A stretch of DNA of 62,773 nt from Octopus bimaculoides. Its lineage: Eukaryota. The notes below the pieces were generated by a model. That model searched no databases, was not told the origin of the DNA, and saw only the letters and a list, made by a program, of their open reading frames with translations. Of the stretch, positions 49,330 through 62,214 are shown piece by piece; position 1 is the first letter of the stretch; the number at the start of each line of letters is the position of its first letter. The position numbers and the translations under genes are program-made. The stretch covers positions 52,963,996 to 53,026,768 of the forward strand of contig NC_068997.1 in the NCBI RefSeq assembly GCF_001194135.2, written 5' to 3'.

Positions 49330-50332
49330 ATTCGAACGGTGTATCTCGAAGCAAATAAGTCTATACGAAGTAGCGTGAAGATATGTTGGGTTAACAATCA
49401 TATACGCTGTTGCCTTGACTGATCACCCGATTACATTTTTGTAGCAATATGAGGCAAACGGAAAACATCAACTACAATAACTAAATGGCAACAAACAACA
49501 ACAACAGCAACAGGAACACATCCAGCTGTACGCGCATTCATTTATATCTGTGGAAATAAATTTTTATCTTTACAAATATTCTATATTCTTTGTTTGTTTG
49601 TTTGTTTCTTTCTTTCTTTCTTTCTTTTCTGTTAGGTTATCTAAAGAGGAAACCCTATCACACTGCATTGGACAATTGACCGACATGGCTATACAACATG
49701 TACCAGGGAATCAATGATAATGCAAATATGAAACCGGTTGTTACTGTTGTCGTCATTTTTGTTGTTATTATTGTAGTTGCAAGTGTCTGCTGTTGGCTTT
49801 GCAGGAATTCAAATTTTCATCTTTTATTTATTTTTTCTTCTACTTTATCTCTTTATTTTTGTTTTATTTTTATTTTTCGTTGTAGGGTTTCTCTATCATC
49901 TATATACTATACTTTCTGATGCTTGCTTTCCTTTTTTACTCTTTTGTATTTCTATGCCGAATTTTATACATCTAAATACACACACACACACACGTTCATA
50001 TATATATATATATACATATAAATTATATATAGATATAGATACATATATAAGTATATATATATACATACACATACACATATATCTATATTGTATTTGTATN
50101 NNNNNNNNNNNNNNNNNNNNNNNNNNNNNNNNNNNNNNNNNNNNNNNNNNNNNNNNNNNNNNNNNNNNNNNNNNNNNNNATGTATAAGATCATGAGGTAA
50201 AGAGACCAGCAAATTATACACAAAATCAAGACACATCAAAGCATGTGCCTGAAAACACGTAGAAATATACAGTGAAAAAAACAAAATAAGTGAACAATGA
50301 AGAAAATGAATTTAGTGATGCAAAAGACGAAT

Positions 50333-50390
<58 letters not shown>

Positions 50391-50576
50391 CTGTACCTCC
50401 CTCCCTCCCTCGTACTGTCTGTCTGTCAGTCTGTCTCTCTCTCTCTATATAGAGTGTGTGTTAATCACATTCGGTTTGTAAATTAGGGGCTCCTTCATAG
50501 AGCAACTGCTGCATTTGTTGAGCATATAAACGGTTTGGGTGCTTGCGTCTCTGGAGACTGTCAGAACGATGTAGAC

Positions 50577-50612
50577 GCCTCTGATGAGGACCCAGTAAGG
50601 TTCGATTCAGGT
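50577..50612 (+). ncRNA. Decayed hammerhead-like motif
   Basis: gcct-CTGATGA-GGACC-cagtaa-GGTTC-GA-ttc-aggt: perfect core and stems I and II, but GAAAC/stem III is deleted. Confidence 0.3.
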
Positions 50613-50881
50613 TGTCCATCATATTTTTCAGTCTGCAATATATATATATATATATATTGCTGCAGAGATAGGGGCGAAAATAGCTGAGGACGATCGAAAT
50701 GCACTTTGTGCCATAGAGAGAAACACACGTAGCGTGTTCTGCTGCCCGTGATAGGAGGCGAGCCATTGAACTTCCACTTGGCAATCCAACAGCTAGAGAG
50801 ACCAAGAGAACGATAGATAGGAAGGAAATAGACTGAGAGATATGGGGAGACATAATTAGACAGATGAAGAAAATGAGAGCA

Positions 50882-50941
<60 letters not shown>

Positions 50942-51825
50942 NNNNNNNNNNNNNNNNNNNNNNNNNNNNNNNNNNNNNNNNNNNNNNNNNNNNNNNNNNN
51001 NNNNNNNNNNNNNNNNNNNNNNNNNNNNNNNNNNNNNNNNNNNNNNNNNNNNNNNNNNNNNNNNNNNNNNNNNNNNNNNNNNNNNNNNNNNNNNNNNNNN
51101 NNNNNNNNNNNNNNNNNNNNNNNNNNNNNNNNNNNNNNNNNNNNNNNNNNNNNNNNNNNNNNNNNNNNNNNNNNNNNNNNNNNNNNNNNNNNNNNNNNNN
51201 NNNNNNNNNNNNNNNNNNNNNNNNNNNNNNNNNNNNNNNNNNNNNNNNNNNNNNNNNNNNNNNNNNNNNNNNNNNNNNNNNNNNNNNNNNNNNNNNNNNN
51301 NNNNNNNNNNNNNNNNNNNNNNNNNNNNNNNNNNNNNNNNNNNNNNNNNNNNNNNNNNNNNNNNNNNNNNNNNNNNNNNNNNNNNNNNNNNNNNNNNNNN
51401 NNNNNNNNNNNNNNNNNNNNNNNNNNNNNNNNNNNNNNNNNNNNNNNNNNNNNNNNNNNNNNNNNNCACAACCAGCGCCATGACCACCACCACCACCACC
51501 ATCACCACCACATTACCACCGCCCTCATCTATGCCACCATTACAAGCGCCATCACCACTATCACCATCAATACATCATCACCATCACCATCACCATCACC
51601 ATCCCCATCATCAACACTGATATATAAAAAGAAAAAAAGAAATAGCCGTTCCGGAAGCCGTCAAGAAAGAGTCTCTATTGGACACATTGACACGTGACAG
51701 CAGACATTTTGAAAGATAAAGAATTATGGCTTACAGCATTGCAGTCTGGGAAATATTTACATGATTCGGATGTGTGGTGATGGGAGATGTCATTGATGGT
51801 ATCGGTGTTGTTGTTGTTGATGTTG

Positions 51826-51905
51826 AATTTGTTGTTTAACCCCAGGAGAGCCTGATACAACAGACCTCTGATCAAAAATTCTTCCGGTCGTTGCCACCAT
51901 CTTTG
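51826..51905 (-). mobile_element. Family D fragment
   Basis: ttgttgtttaaccccaggagagcctgatacaacagacctctgatcaaa after a (GTT)n tract. Confidence 0.5.
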
Positions 51906-52184
51906 ATTTACTTCATCTTACACTACGTTATCCAATTTCTTTATGTGTGGTTAAAGTTGGTTATATATTGAGGGATACTTAACTGGTATTTTTAGTAGGT
52001 CGAAGTGTATAAAGCTATAAATGATATTGGATTTAAGAAAAAGCATTTGGATGGAAAAATCGAAGGCTGTCCGACATTTTCTATCCCAAAACATCTGATG
52101 CATTGTTTCCATAACATCGTGTGTTTATTCCATTGAGGTCCAACTGATTGCTCTAAACACGTTAGTGTACCCTTGTCGTATTTT

Positions 52185-52435
52185 AAATGTAGTCATGTTA
52201 TAGGCAGTGTTGTCATAGTGATGTAGACAACTCTGTTGACATCACCATAGTGCTGTAGGTAATGTTGTTATGGTGAAGCAAGTAGTATGACTATGGTAAC
52301 GCAGACAGCGTAGTTATGGTGATGTAGAGTGTTGTCATGGTGATGTAGAGCGTTGTTATGGTGATGAAGAGAGTGTTGTTATGGTTGTTGTAGGCAGTGT
52401 TGTTATACTGTTGTATATGGTTTAGGCAGTCATAA
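52185..52435. repeat. Degenerate ~21-24-bp minisatellite (gtgttgttatggtgatgtagag)
   Basis: About ten related units, e.g. gtgttgtcatggtgatgtagag and cgttgttatggtgatgaagag. Confidence 0.75.
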
Positions 52436-52473
52436 CATTGGAGGACTTATTTGTCGGATAACGGTGTGCAGCT

Positions 52474-52528
<55 letters not shown>

Positions 52529-52928
52529 CCGTATTGAGAAGGAGCAACATTCTCTGTATTATTGGGGATATTGCTTATGTAGTGCAGCGTTTGTGATGAC
52601 GGCGATGGGGTTGACGACGCCGGTGGCGGTGTTGCTGCTAAATATTTATAACTATAAATGGTGGTTGTGGTGCAGTGACGGTGGTAGCGGTGGTGCTGCC
52701 TGGTTATGGCATCGTCAAATTCTAATGTGTTACAACCAGCATCAGGGCAACAAAAGTCCTCCTTCCGACATTTGAAGACTTCACATCCGTTTTACTATGT
52801 CTCGGTAAACGTTTTATTATCTGCCCATCCGCCCAGCCTCCCCCCTCCTCCTCTATTGCTATCTCTCCTACATTCTCTCCACGACTATAATACCTGTCTA
52901 TCTATCTGTCTATCTATTTATCTGTCTG

Positions 52929-52985
<57 letters not shown>

Positions 52986-54329
52986 ATACCTAGCTGTCAG
53001 TCACTCAGTCACAGTGTGTTTGCCTCTCCGTGTATGCGTATGACGCCGTGTATATCTATGTGCGCTTGAATGAGTGTATTCCGACTTGTCTGTCTGTATG
53101 TCTCACTGTCAATTTATGTCAAACTGTCAAGTCGTCTTCTTTCCTTTCTTTTTTTGTTTTTTTATATATTATTTATACGCCTGTTTGTTGTTTTCGTGGT
53201 GATGTGCCAAATGTATGTTCAGATGAGTTTCACCATCATTTAATTAAATACACGTACATACGTACGCGCGCAAGCACACACATACACATACATTAATGTT
53301 CATGTGCATACGCGCAAATATATATATATATATATATANNNNNNNNNNNNNNNNNNNNNNNNNNNNNNNNNNNNNNNNNNNNNNNNNNNNNNNNNNNNNN
53401 NNNNNNNNNNNNNNNNNNNNNNNNNNNNNNNNNNNNNNNNNNNNNNNNNNNNNNNNNNNNNNNNNNNNNNNNNNNNNNNNNNNNNNNNNNNNNNNNNNNN
53501 NNNNNNNNNNNNNNNNNNNNNNNNNNNNNNNNNNNNNNNNNNNNNNNNNNNNNNNNNNNNNNNNNNNNNNNNNNNNNNNNNNNNNNNNNNNNNNNNNNNN
53601 NNNNNNNNNNNNNNNNNNNNNNNNNNNNNNNNNNNNNNNNNNNNNNNNNNNNNNNNNNNNNNNNNNNNNNNNNNNNNNNNNNNNNATATATTCATGTTGT
53701 GTATGTGTGTGTGTGTGCTTCCCCCCGCATAATTTCTATTCTATTTCGAAATACCATTTTCCACTAAATGCAAAGAAAGTAATTTCATGTTTGGTGAAAT
53801 TCTTTCCTTTTCGAAGGCGAAAAATTGAACATCCAACAGTTTTACCTTAGAGTCATTAGTCATAACTATAAACCACAGCACTACGTGGTACGTTGTATAC
53901 ACATAGGGAGAACGGGCCATTATGTGAGTGTGTGTATATATATATATATATGAATGTAAGATCCAAATATCGAAGTGTAGCAAGCAATCCGTAGAAAATA
54001 TATAGAAAAAGCAACTTTCAGTAACAATAGTAGTTTATTGGGGCGGAAGGTTGTGGATTGTTTGTAAGGAAGTACGATAAGCTGAAAAAAAAAAATTGTT
54101 TTATATTTCACGGTAGGCAGCGAAGGCTGCCAGTTATGCGAATAAAAATCCAACAAAAGTCCATCATAATAAAAATCTATATGTAAATACAATTGGTATC
54201 AATATTTAGACACATGATGAGAGATATTCAAGAAATGCACATACACTAAAAAGCACCTGTTAATTGAAAACTACCCAACACTATTTAAAAGTGGCCTCTG
54301 TGCTACTAGATGTTTTTTAATCGTAGCAC

Positions 54330-54368
<39 letters not shown>

Positions 54369-54371
<3 letters not shown>

Positions 54372-54588
54372 AAGGCTCATGGCTTAGTCGTTAGGATATT
54401 CAGCTGACGAACGTATGGTTGTGAATTCGATTCCTAGAGGAGTGATGTGTTCTTGAGCAAGACACTTCATTTCACGTTGTTCCATTCCACTCAGCCGCTA
54501 AAAATGAGTACTATATGTGTTTCAAAGGGGCCAGCCTTGTCGTTCTCTGTGCCACACCGAATCTCCTTGACAATTACGTTAAGAGTAC
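54369..54588 (+). mobile_element. SINE family C, 5' two-thirds
   Basis: gtgaaggctcatggcttagtcgttagg...gaattcgattcc...ttcttgagcaagacacttcatttcacg...ccactcagc...aaaggggccagccttgtc. Confidence 0.8.
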
Positions 54589-54986
54589 TTTTGCTAAATA
54601 TTAATGAAATATACATATACTCATATTTTGAGTTCTGTTATCCTGTTTGCACCAACATACCTGTATATNNNNNNNNNNNNNNNNNNNNNNNNNNNNNNNN
54701 NNNNNNNNNNNNNNNNNNNNNNNNNNNNNNNNNNNNNNNNNNNNNNNNNNNNNNNNNNNNNNNNNNNNNNNNNNNNNNNNNNNNNNNNNNNNNNNNNNNN
54801 NNNNNNNNNNNNNNNNNNNNNNNNNNNNNNNNNNNNNNNNNNNNNNNNNNNNNNNNNNNNNNNNNNNNNNNNNNNNNNNNNNNNNNNNNNNNNNNNNNNN
54901 NNNNNNNNNNNNNNNNNNNNNNNNNNNNNTATATATATATATATATACATACATACATACATACATGCATACATACATACATGCGT

Positions 54987-55058
<72 letters not shown>

Positions 55059-57589
55059 GTATATACAGACATATATATATATAGTTTGTATATAAATAAG
55101 TTTCAAATGAGATTATATCCATTATGTGTTAAGAAAAGGTAAGAAACTATTAGACAAAATAAATACCAGAAAAATCGAAGAAACAAACAATGGAAAAATA
55201 AACAAGCAAATAAACAAGAGTAGAATGTGATAAATAAAGAATTCAGGAATAAATAAAGTGTTATAAAATATAAGGTAGCCTATATTATTAGTTTGTGTAC
55301 AATAGATATCGTAGCCTTGTGGGAATTGCATTCTAAACGTCAGTTACACCCATCCCTCTCTTTACCTTAAACGTCCCCATCGCCGTTTTCTTTGTTTCTT
55401 TCTATTACCTTCGATGCCTCGCTTTCGATATCTGTTTCATTGTGGTCTATAATAAACATAGAGAAACCACATCCATATAGAGCAACCTACAGATGCTACA
55501 CACTAAGGTACGAATACACGGATAATAAAAATGTACGTATACAACGACGTACGTACGTACATATGCAAGCATCGACACAATGAGTGGTGGTTTTGCTATA
55601 ATATATATGTTAACAGTGAATATAGAGAAGTATTTGAGCAATGTTGCATCCTATATTAGTTGATGAATAAATGACAATAGGTATCAATAAATACGAAACT
55701 TCGGTAGGTCAGAGTGTCTCCAATGAATTTTATCGGAAGCAATAAGCAGGAACAATATCACATGAATAATCGGAGCCAGCAGTGAATATCATATATTTAT
55801 CGGCAAAATGTGTTGAATACGTACCAATTAGCTAGACACGGGATTTGGCATCCTACTGAAGCCGACAAAGCCTANNNNNNNNNNNNNNNNNNNNNNNNNN
55901 NNNNNNNNNNNNNNNNNNNNNNNNNNNNNNNNNNNNNNNNNNNNNNNNNNNNNNNNNNNNNNNNNNNNNNNNNNNNNNNNNNNNNNNNNNNNNNNNNNNN
56001 NNNNNNNNNNNNNNNNNNNNNNNNNNNNNNNNNNNNNNNNNNNNNNNNNNNNNNNNNNNNNNNNNNNNNNNNNNNNNNNNNNNNNNNNNNNNNNNNNNNN
56101 NNNNNNNNNNNNNNNNNNNNNNNNNNNNNNNNNNNNNNNNNNNNNNNNNNNNNNNNNNNNNNNNNNNNNNNNNNNNNNNNNNNNNNNNNNNNNNNNNNNN
56201 NNNNNNNNNNNNNNNNNNNNNNNNNNNNNNNNNNNNNNNNNNNNNNNNNNNNNNNNNNNNNNNNNNNNNNNNNNNNNNNNNNNNNNNNNNNNNNNNNNNN
56301 NNNNNNNNNNNNNNNNNNNNNNNNNNNNNNNNNNNNNNNNNNNNNNNNNNNATATATATATATATATATATATATACATACATTAATATAAATGTATATA
56401 TGTGTAAATGCACACAAATATTTGTGTGTTTGTGTATGTATGTATGTATGTATGTATATATATATATATATGTTTACACATATATATGCGTGTATTTATT
56501 ATACATATTTATATATATATGTTTATGTATATATGCGTGTTTATTATGCATATATATATATATGAATATATATAAGTGTATATACATATATGTATATATG
56601 TATTTTCATATATATGTATGCATGCAAACGTGTGTGTATGTATGTGTAGGCATTCTTTTAGTAAAAAGAACAAGAATTTCTCATTGAGACACGAGTATAT
56701 ATGCTGTAGAAAATTAATGGGCGGTATGTATATCGAAAACCATAATTGTTGTACGTACAGCAATACATATGAGAAAACATTTAAATGTACACATATTTCC
56801 ATATATATATATACATATACATATGCGTATCCATATATCTATATATACTCGTATACATGCGTGCATACATTTATTTATACACATACATACGCACAATCAC
56901 ACACACGCACACGCACAAACACACACACACGCACAATCCACACACACACATGTATATATACAACACGCATACACACACACACACACATTTTAATTCGGTT
57001 ACTCTTCGCACACCCACACATATAAATATGCTTGTACATACATATACATATATGTACATATATATACATATATATATCTTTATGTATAGTCTGCATTTGT
57101 ATATTCATACATATATATATAAACATATACATACATACACACATAATACATACATACATATATATATAAACATATNNNNNNNNNNNNNNNNNNNNNNNNN
57201 NNNNNNNNNNNNNNNNNNNNNNNNNNNNNNNNNNNNNNNNNNNNNNNNNNNNNNNNNNNNNNNNNNNNNNNNNNNNNNNNNNNNNNNNNNNNNNNNNNNN
57301 NNNNNNNNNNNNNNNNNNNNNNNNNNNNNNNNNNNNNNNNNNNNNNNNNNNNNNNNNNNNNNNNNNNNNNNNNNNNNNNNNNNNNNNNNNNNNNNNNNNN
57401 NNNNNNNNNNNNNNNNNNNNNNNNNNNNNNNNNNNNNNNNNNNNNNNNNNNNNNNNNNNNNNNNNNNNNNNNNNNNNNNNNNNNNNNNNNNNNNNNNNNN
57501 NNNNNNNNNNNNNNNNNNATGAATAAATGGAACTTGTACGAAACGTACGTACTGCTATAACCTATTGAATTTTTGTTGCTTATCTTCAA

Positions 57590-57635
<46 letters not shown>

Positions 57636-58149
57636 ATATATATATGAATATATATACATATATATATTATATTCATACACACAAACGTATTATAATCACT
57701 TATATTCGCAAAATATATCTCCTTTTGGTTTACGTAGATGTTTTCCTCCCCCCCCCCTACTTTAGTAATTCTGTAATTTCCAAGTAATCAGTAATTTGAT
57801 TTTCAAAATATTTTCTTAATTATTTTCCACTCAACTGGATTATGTCGATGAGACAACGTCGAGCAACAGATCGTTATGCAGTTTCGGATCTCAACGGAGT
57901 CAGACCTTTCCCACCCACGTCTTTTATGAAACCGCAAGTTTTGGATGGTGTATATCCGTATCATTACCGCCTGTTATTACCCCTCCATTCATGTGGAGGC
58001 GAACAGTATCTTCACGTCCAGGAAATATCCAGACTTTTGTGGCCAAAACAATTGCACGGGTTTGTCCTTATATTAGTTTTACCAAACTAGAATTGATTAG
58101 GGGTAGCTGTGACCACGTCATAAGGCAACCATTAATATCTAATAATACT

Positions 58150-58366
58150 AAGGAAGCGGTCCGGCAGGATCGTTACCACGCCGGAAGAATTTTTTGGTGA
58201 CATTTTTTCCAACTACACATTCTGAGTTCAAATTCCACAGAGGTTGGCTTTACTATACATCCTTTCGGCATCGATAAAATAAATGCCAGTCGAATACTGG
58301 GGTCGATGTAATCGACTTAACTCATCCCTTGAAACCTCTGGCCTTGTGCCAAACTTTGAAACCAAT
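58150..58366 (+). mobile_element. SINE family A, diverged
   Basis: gagttcaaattccacagaggttggcttt...catcgataaaataaatgccag...ggggtcgatgtaatcgac...ggccttgtgccaaactttgaaacc. Confidence 0.85.
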
Positions 58367-58849
58367 ATTTAATAATATTTATTGGGGATTAGGGAAAACT
58401 TCAAAAGAAAACCCCTTCAAGGTAAGAAAGCATTTCTAGTGTTTACAGCGGGATGTGAACCCAGGAGAGATAAATACCGATTGCAAAGTCACGAACCCAC
58501 ACGACTATGTCATCTCAAATAGTCGATAATGAACACAGTTAATTAGCAAGGCAGATATTTTTAACAGTTAATTTCTGCAGTATCAATTAAATAGGATTAT
58601 ATGGCTAAAACCTAATTAGAATCGAACGATTATAGTAATTAATCATGAGAAGGAAATTAATGATAACGATTTGCTTTTCTCAGACACAAGGCCATTTATG
58701 GAAAGGTGTTGGATGGCATTGGGATTCGACTCATTTAGCAAACCGTAGGATATCACTGGTACAGAAACGCAGTGTGACACTAGTGTAAATCAGTCGTACT
58801 GATTATTATAGAGACATTTACTACACTGGAATTGACCTTAAATAAAGAG

Positions 58850-59250
58850 TTAGTATATTAGTAACTATAGTTTTATTAGTATGTATTTAATGACTTATAA
58901 TTTTATTTGGTTATACTAGTGACTATTTTAGTGTAATTAATATATTAGTGACTATTAATGTATCATTAAGTATAATAGTGACTATTAAAGTTTCATTAGT
59001 ATACATTAGTGACTATCTTAGCGTCATTAGTATATTAGTAACTGTTATATTACAGTTTTATTAGCACATTAGTGACTGTTATAATGTTATTTGTATATAT
59101 TAATGACTATTATAGTTTTATTAATTTATATTAGTAACCATCATAGGTCATTAGTACATTAATGAGTATTATGTTATTGGTATATTTTAGTGACTGCTTT
59201 AATTTTATTAGTATATATTAGTGACTATTATTAGCATTATTGGTATATTT
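58850..59250. repeat. Degenerate ~30-bp AT-rich minisatellite with TTAGTGACTA core
   Basis: About 13 units such as attagtgactattaatgtatcattaagtat and attagtgactatcttagcgtcattagtat. Confidence 0.8.
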
Positions 59251-59254
59251 TAAT

Positions 59255-59530
59255 CGCTTCAGCCATTGGATCGCAGCCTTAGCAGGGAATCCCTGAAAGG
59301 GTTTTTGTCGAAGAAGTAGACCTTATTTTTTGTTAGGTCTGTCACTTATTCTATCCGTCTCTTTTGCTGTAACGCTAGTTTACAAAGACGTAAACAAACC
59401 AACAACGTTTTCAAGTGGTAAACGAAGGAGAAACACACACACACATACGGGGGTGGAGGCTTCCACACAGTTTTACGTCCCTGTGACATAGAGTTTGGCA
59501 AAAGTGAATATGCAACGTACTTGGAACCCC
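59255..59530 (-). mobile_element. SINE family B, old degraded copy
   Basis: cttattctatccgtctcttttgc...gacgtaaacaaaccaac...ggcttccacacagttt. Confidence 0.55.
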
Positions 59531-59581
59531 ACCACAAAAAGAAAAACAAACGAACAAATAATAATTATATCAATATATACC

Positions 59582-59790
59582 CTTTTACTTGTTTCAGTCA
59601 TTTGACTGCGGCCATGCTGGAGCACCGCCTTTTTTAGTCGAGCAAATCAACCCCAGGACATATTCTTTGTAAGCCTAGTCCTTATTCGATCGATCTCTTT
59701 TGCCGATTGCTAAGTTACGGGGACATAAACACTCCACCATTGGTTGTCAAGCGATGTTGGGGGGACAAACACACACACACACACATATAT
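59582..59790 (-). mobile_element. SINE family B, 3' half
   Basis: cttttacttgtttcagtcatttgactgcggccatgctggagcaccgcc...gttggggggacaaac. Confidence 0.9.
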
Positions 59791-59916
59791 ATACATATAC
59801 ATACACGCACACACCGATTGTGAAAGACAGAAATAAATGTGTGTGTGTATAGAAGATGGATGAAGGAATATATACTTATTATGTAAATGTATATATCTTC
59901 CAGTTAGTGTGTAAAG

Positions 59917-60058
59917 CCTAGCGGTTCGTCAATAAGGACGGATAGAATAAGTACAAGACTTTTTTAAAGAAAATGTATTAGGGTTGATTTCTTTGACTAA
60001 AATCCTTTTAAAACAGTGCTCCAACATGGCCGCACTCCGATGATTGAAACGATTAAAA
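59917..60058 (+). mobile_element. SINE family B, 3' part, inverted relative to 59582-59790
   Basis: cctagcggttcg...gatagaataagtac...gtgctccaacatggccgcac. Confidence 0.75.
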
Positions 60059-60087
60059 AACGCAAAATACAAATACACCCAATCATT

Positions 60088-60119
<32 letters not shown>

Positions 60120-60123
<4 letters not shown>

Positions 60124-60510
60124 TCCACAGACATCATAAGTGAAAGAAGCACCAAAGATGCTTTGCTTCACGCAGAATCTGCAAGAACTTGTCAGAGGTT
60201 TTGCAATCCCTTCTAAATGTATTGCAGCGCTGGAAACTGTTCCGTGTGGTCAGGAGATATCTCAAGGTCACAAGTATTTCGTCCCTTAGACTGTACGTTT
60301 CATCAGAGTTGGCAAGCGAGGACTGAGCTAGTCTTTCACCTACGGAAGGTTTCCACTTGTGGTCTCTTCTCATCCACAGCCATGTCGAGCCAGTCTCAGC
60401 AGCCGTGCTTATTTCCTTGATGGCTTTCTTCAATTGCCTGGGTTTCAGACCAATCTTCTGCAGGAAATGGCGCACTGATCTGGATGGAAAAACTACGGCA
60501 GCCGACAAAA
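60120..60510 (-). pseudogene. HERO-like (R2-clade) non-LTR retrotransposon 3' end
   Basis: With one 1-nt frameshift: VGCRSF-PSRSVRHFLQKIGLKPRQLKKAIKEISTAAETGSTWLWMRRDHKW, matching the HERO C-terminus EVGCRGF...AIKExSxAAExxSxWxWxxR; ends at a (TG)n tract. Confidence 0.65.
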
Positions 60511-60783
60511 CACTACGGTGTTTCTGTGCCGCATATTTCGCGTCATCCTTTACCACCGACGCGCCCTTTCCTTTCTCTCGACATCCAAACAGCTCCCTGC
60601 GAATCCCTAAAACGCCTACTCTGTTCCAGAGAAAGCCAACCCGCGGTGCCTCTTGACACTTTCTACAGCCGTCACGCACGATCCCATAGGCTACAAAACA
60701 AACCTCTTCATAATCACGCTCCTCTTCCCCTCTCTCTCTCTCTCTATCTCGCTTTTCCCTCCTCTATCCAATGCCGTGAAGCA

Positions 60784-60806
60784 TTACTACTACTACTTCT
60801 ACTACA

Positions 60807-60837
<31 letters not shown>

Positions 60838-60956
60838 CTTCTTCTTCTTCTTCTTCTTCTTCTTCTTTTTCTTCTTCTTTTTCTTCTTCTTTTTCTTCTT
60901 CTTTTCTCTTCTTCTTCTCCTCCTTCTTCTTCTTCTTCTTCTTCTTCTTCTTTTTA

Positions 60957-60988
<32 letters not shown>

Positions 60989-61216
60989 CTTTTTTCTTCT
61001 TCTTCTTCTTCTTCTTCTTCTTCTACTACAACTTCTTCTTCTTCTTCTTCTTTTTCTTCTTCTTCTTCTTCTTCTTCTTCTTCTTCTTCTTCTTCTTCAT
61101 CATCATCATCATCTCCATCTTCTATCCTTCTTCCCTTCTTTGTCTTTTCTTCTTTTTATCTACTTCACCATGACCATGGTTATCGGCCCCTCCTCCTCCT
61201 CCTCCTCCTCCTCCTC
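60784..61216. repeat. Compound (CTT)n/(CAT)n/(CCT)n tract
   Basis: Long ttc runs; the interruption ctactacaacttc occurs twice (about 60799 and 61024). Confidence 0.95.
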
Positions 61217-61902
61217 NNNNNNNNNNNNNNNNNNNNNNNNNNNNNNNNNNNNNNNNNNNNNNNNNNNNNNNNNNNNNNNNNNNNNNNNNNNNNNNNNNNN
61301 NNNNNNNNNNNNNNNNNNNNNNNNNNNNNNNNNNNNNNNNNNNNNNNNNNNNNNNNNNNNNNNNNNNNNNNNNNNNNNNNNNNNNNNNNNNNNNNNNNNN
61401 NNNNNNNNNNNNNNNNNNNNNNNNNNNNNNNNNNNNNNNNNNNNNNNNNNNNNNNNNNNNNNNNNNNNNNNNNNNNNNNNNNNNNNNNNNNNNNNNNNNN
61501 NNNNNNNNNNNNNNNNNNNNNNNNNNNNNNNNNNNNNNNNNNNNNNNNNNNNNNNNNNNNNNNNNNNNNNNNNNNNNNNNNNNNNNNNNNNNNNNNNNNN
61601 NNNNNNNNNNNNNNNNNNNNNNNNNNNNNNNNNNNNNNNNNNNNNNNNNNNNNNNNNNNNNNNNNNNNNNNNNNNNNNNNNNNNNNNNNNNNNNNNNNNN
61701 NNNNNNNNNNNNNNNNNNNNNNNNNNNNNNNNNNNNNNNNNNNNNNNNNNNNNNNNNNNNNNNNNNNNNNNNNNNNNNNNNNNNNNNNNNNNNNNNNNNN
61801 NNNNNNNNNNNNNNNNNNNNNNNNNNNNNNNNNNNNNNNNNNNNNNNNNNNNNNNNNNNNNNNNNNNNNNNNNNNNNNNNNNNNNNNNNNNNNNNNNNNN
61901 NN

Positions 61903-61972
<70 letters not shown>

Positions 61973-62214
61973 GATGGATATATATATGTATATGTATGTA
62001 TATATAGTTTATGATGAAGTGTCTAAACTGGAAGATGTCCGCTGTTCACTTATAAAATGTTCACTGTCAGACGATGATGATGATATTGTTGCTGATGATG
62101 ATGAGTATGAGGTTGAGTGGGGGTGGGCCCGAATGAGTAGCAATTGGTGGAAGAGGAAGTGTTGAAGGAAAAGTTTGAATAGGATGTTGAGACGACAGAA
62201 GTAACAATGATAAT

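Larger units (their letters stand above)
6165..61902. other. About 25 assembly gaps (roughly 11 kb of N), nearly all bordered by (TA)n, (CA)n, (GA)n or trinucleotide repeats
   Basis: N runs counted in the sequence; host exons could lie inside them. Confidence 0.95.

Noticed and set aside
51648-51695. TTCCGGAA ETS-like site plus CACGTG E-box as a promoter
   Set aside because: Two short motifs expected by chance; no other support
2259-58425. Several isolated AG...GT open segments (e.g. 2259-2321, 19670-19727, 26196-26291, 53816-53886, 58392-58420)
   Set aside because: No homology recognised, they do not chain into a coherent protein, and their number is about what chance gives in 50 kb of AT-rich DNA
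58440-58515. Minus-strand tRNA-like sequence
   Set aside because: Only box-like words; cannot form a cloverleaf; at most a decayed SINE head
60270-60310. Minus-strand CTGATGA...GAAA in the HERO 3' UTR as a hammerhead
   Set aside because: No proper stem II closure and no stem I or III pairing
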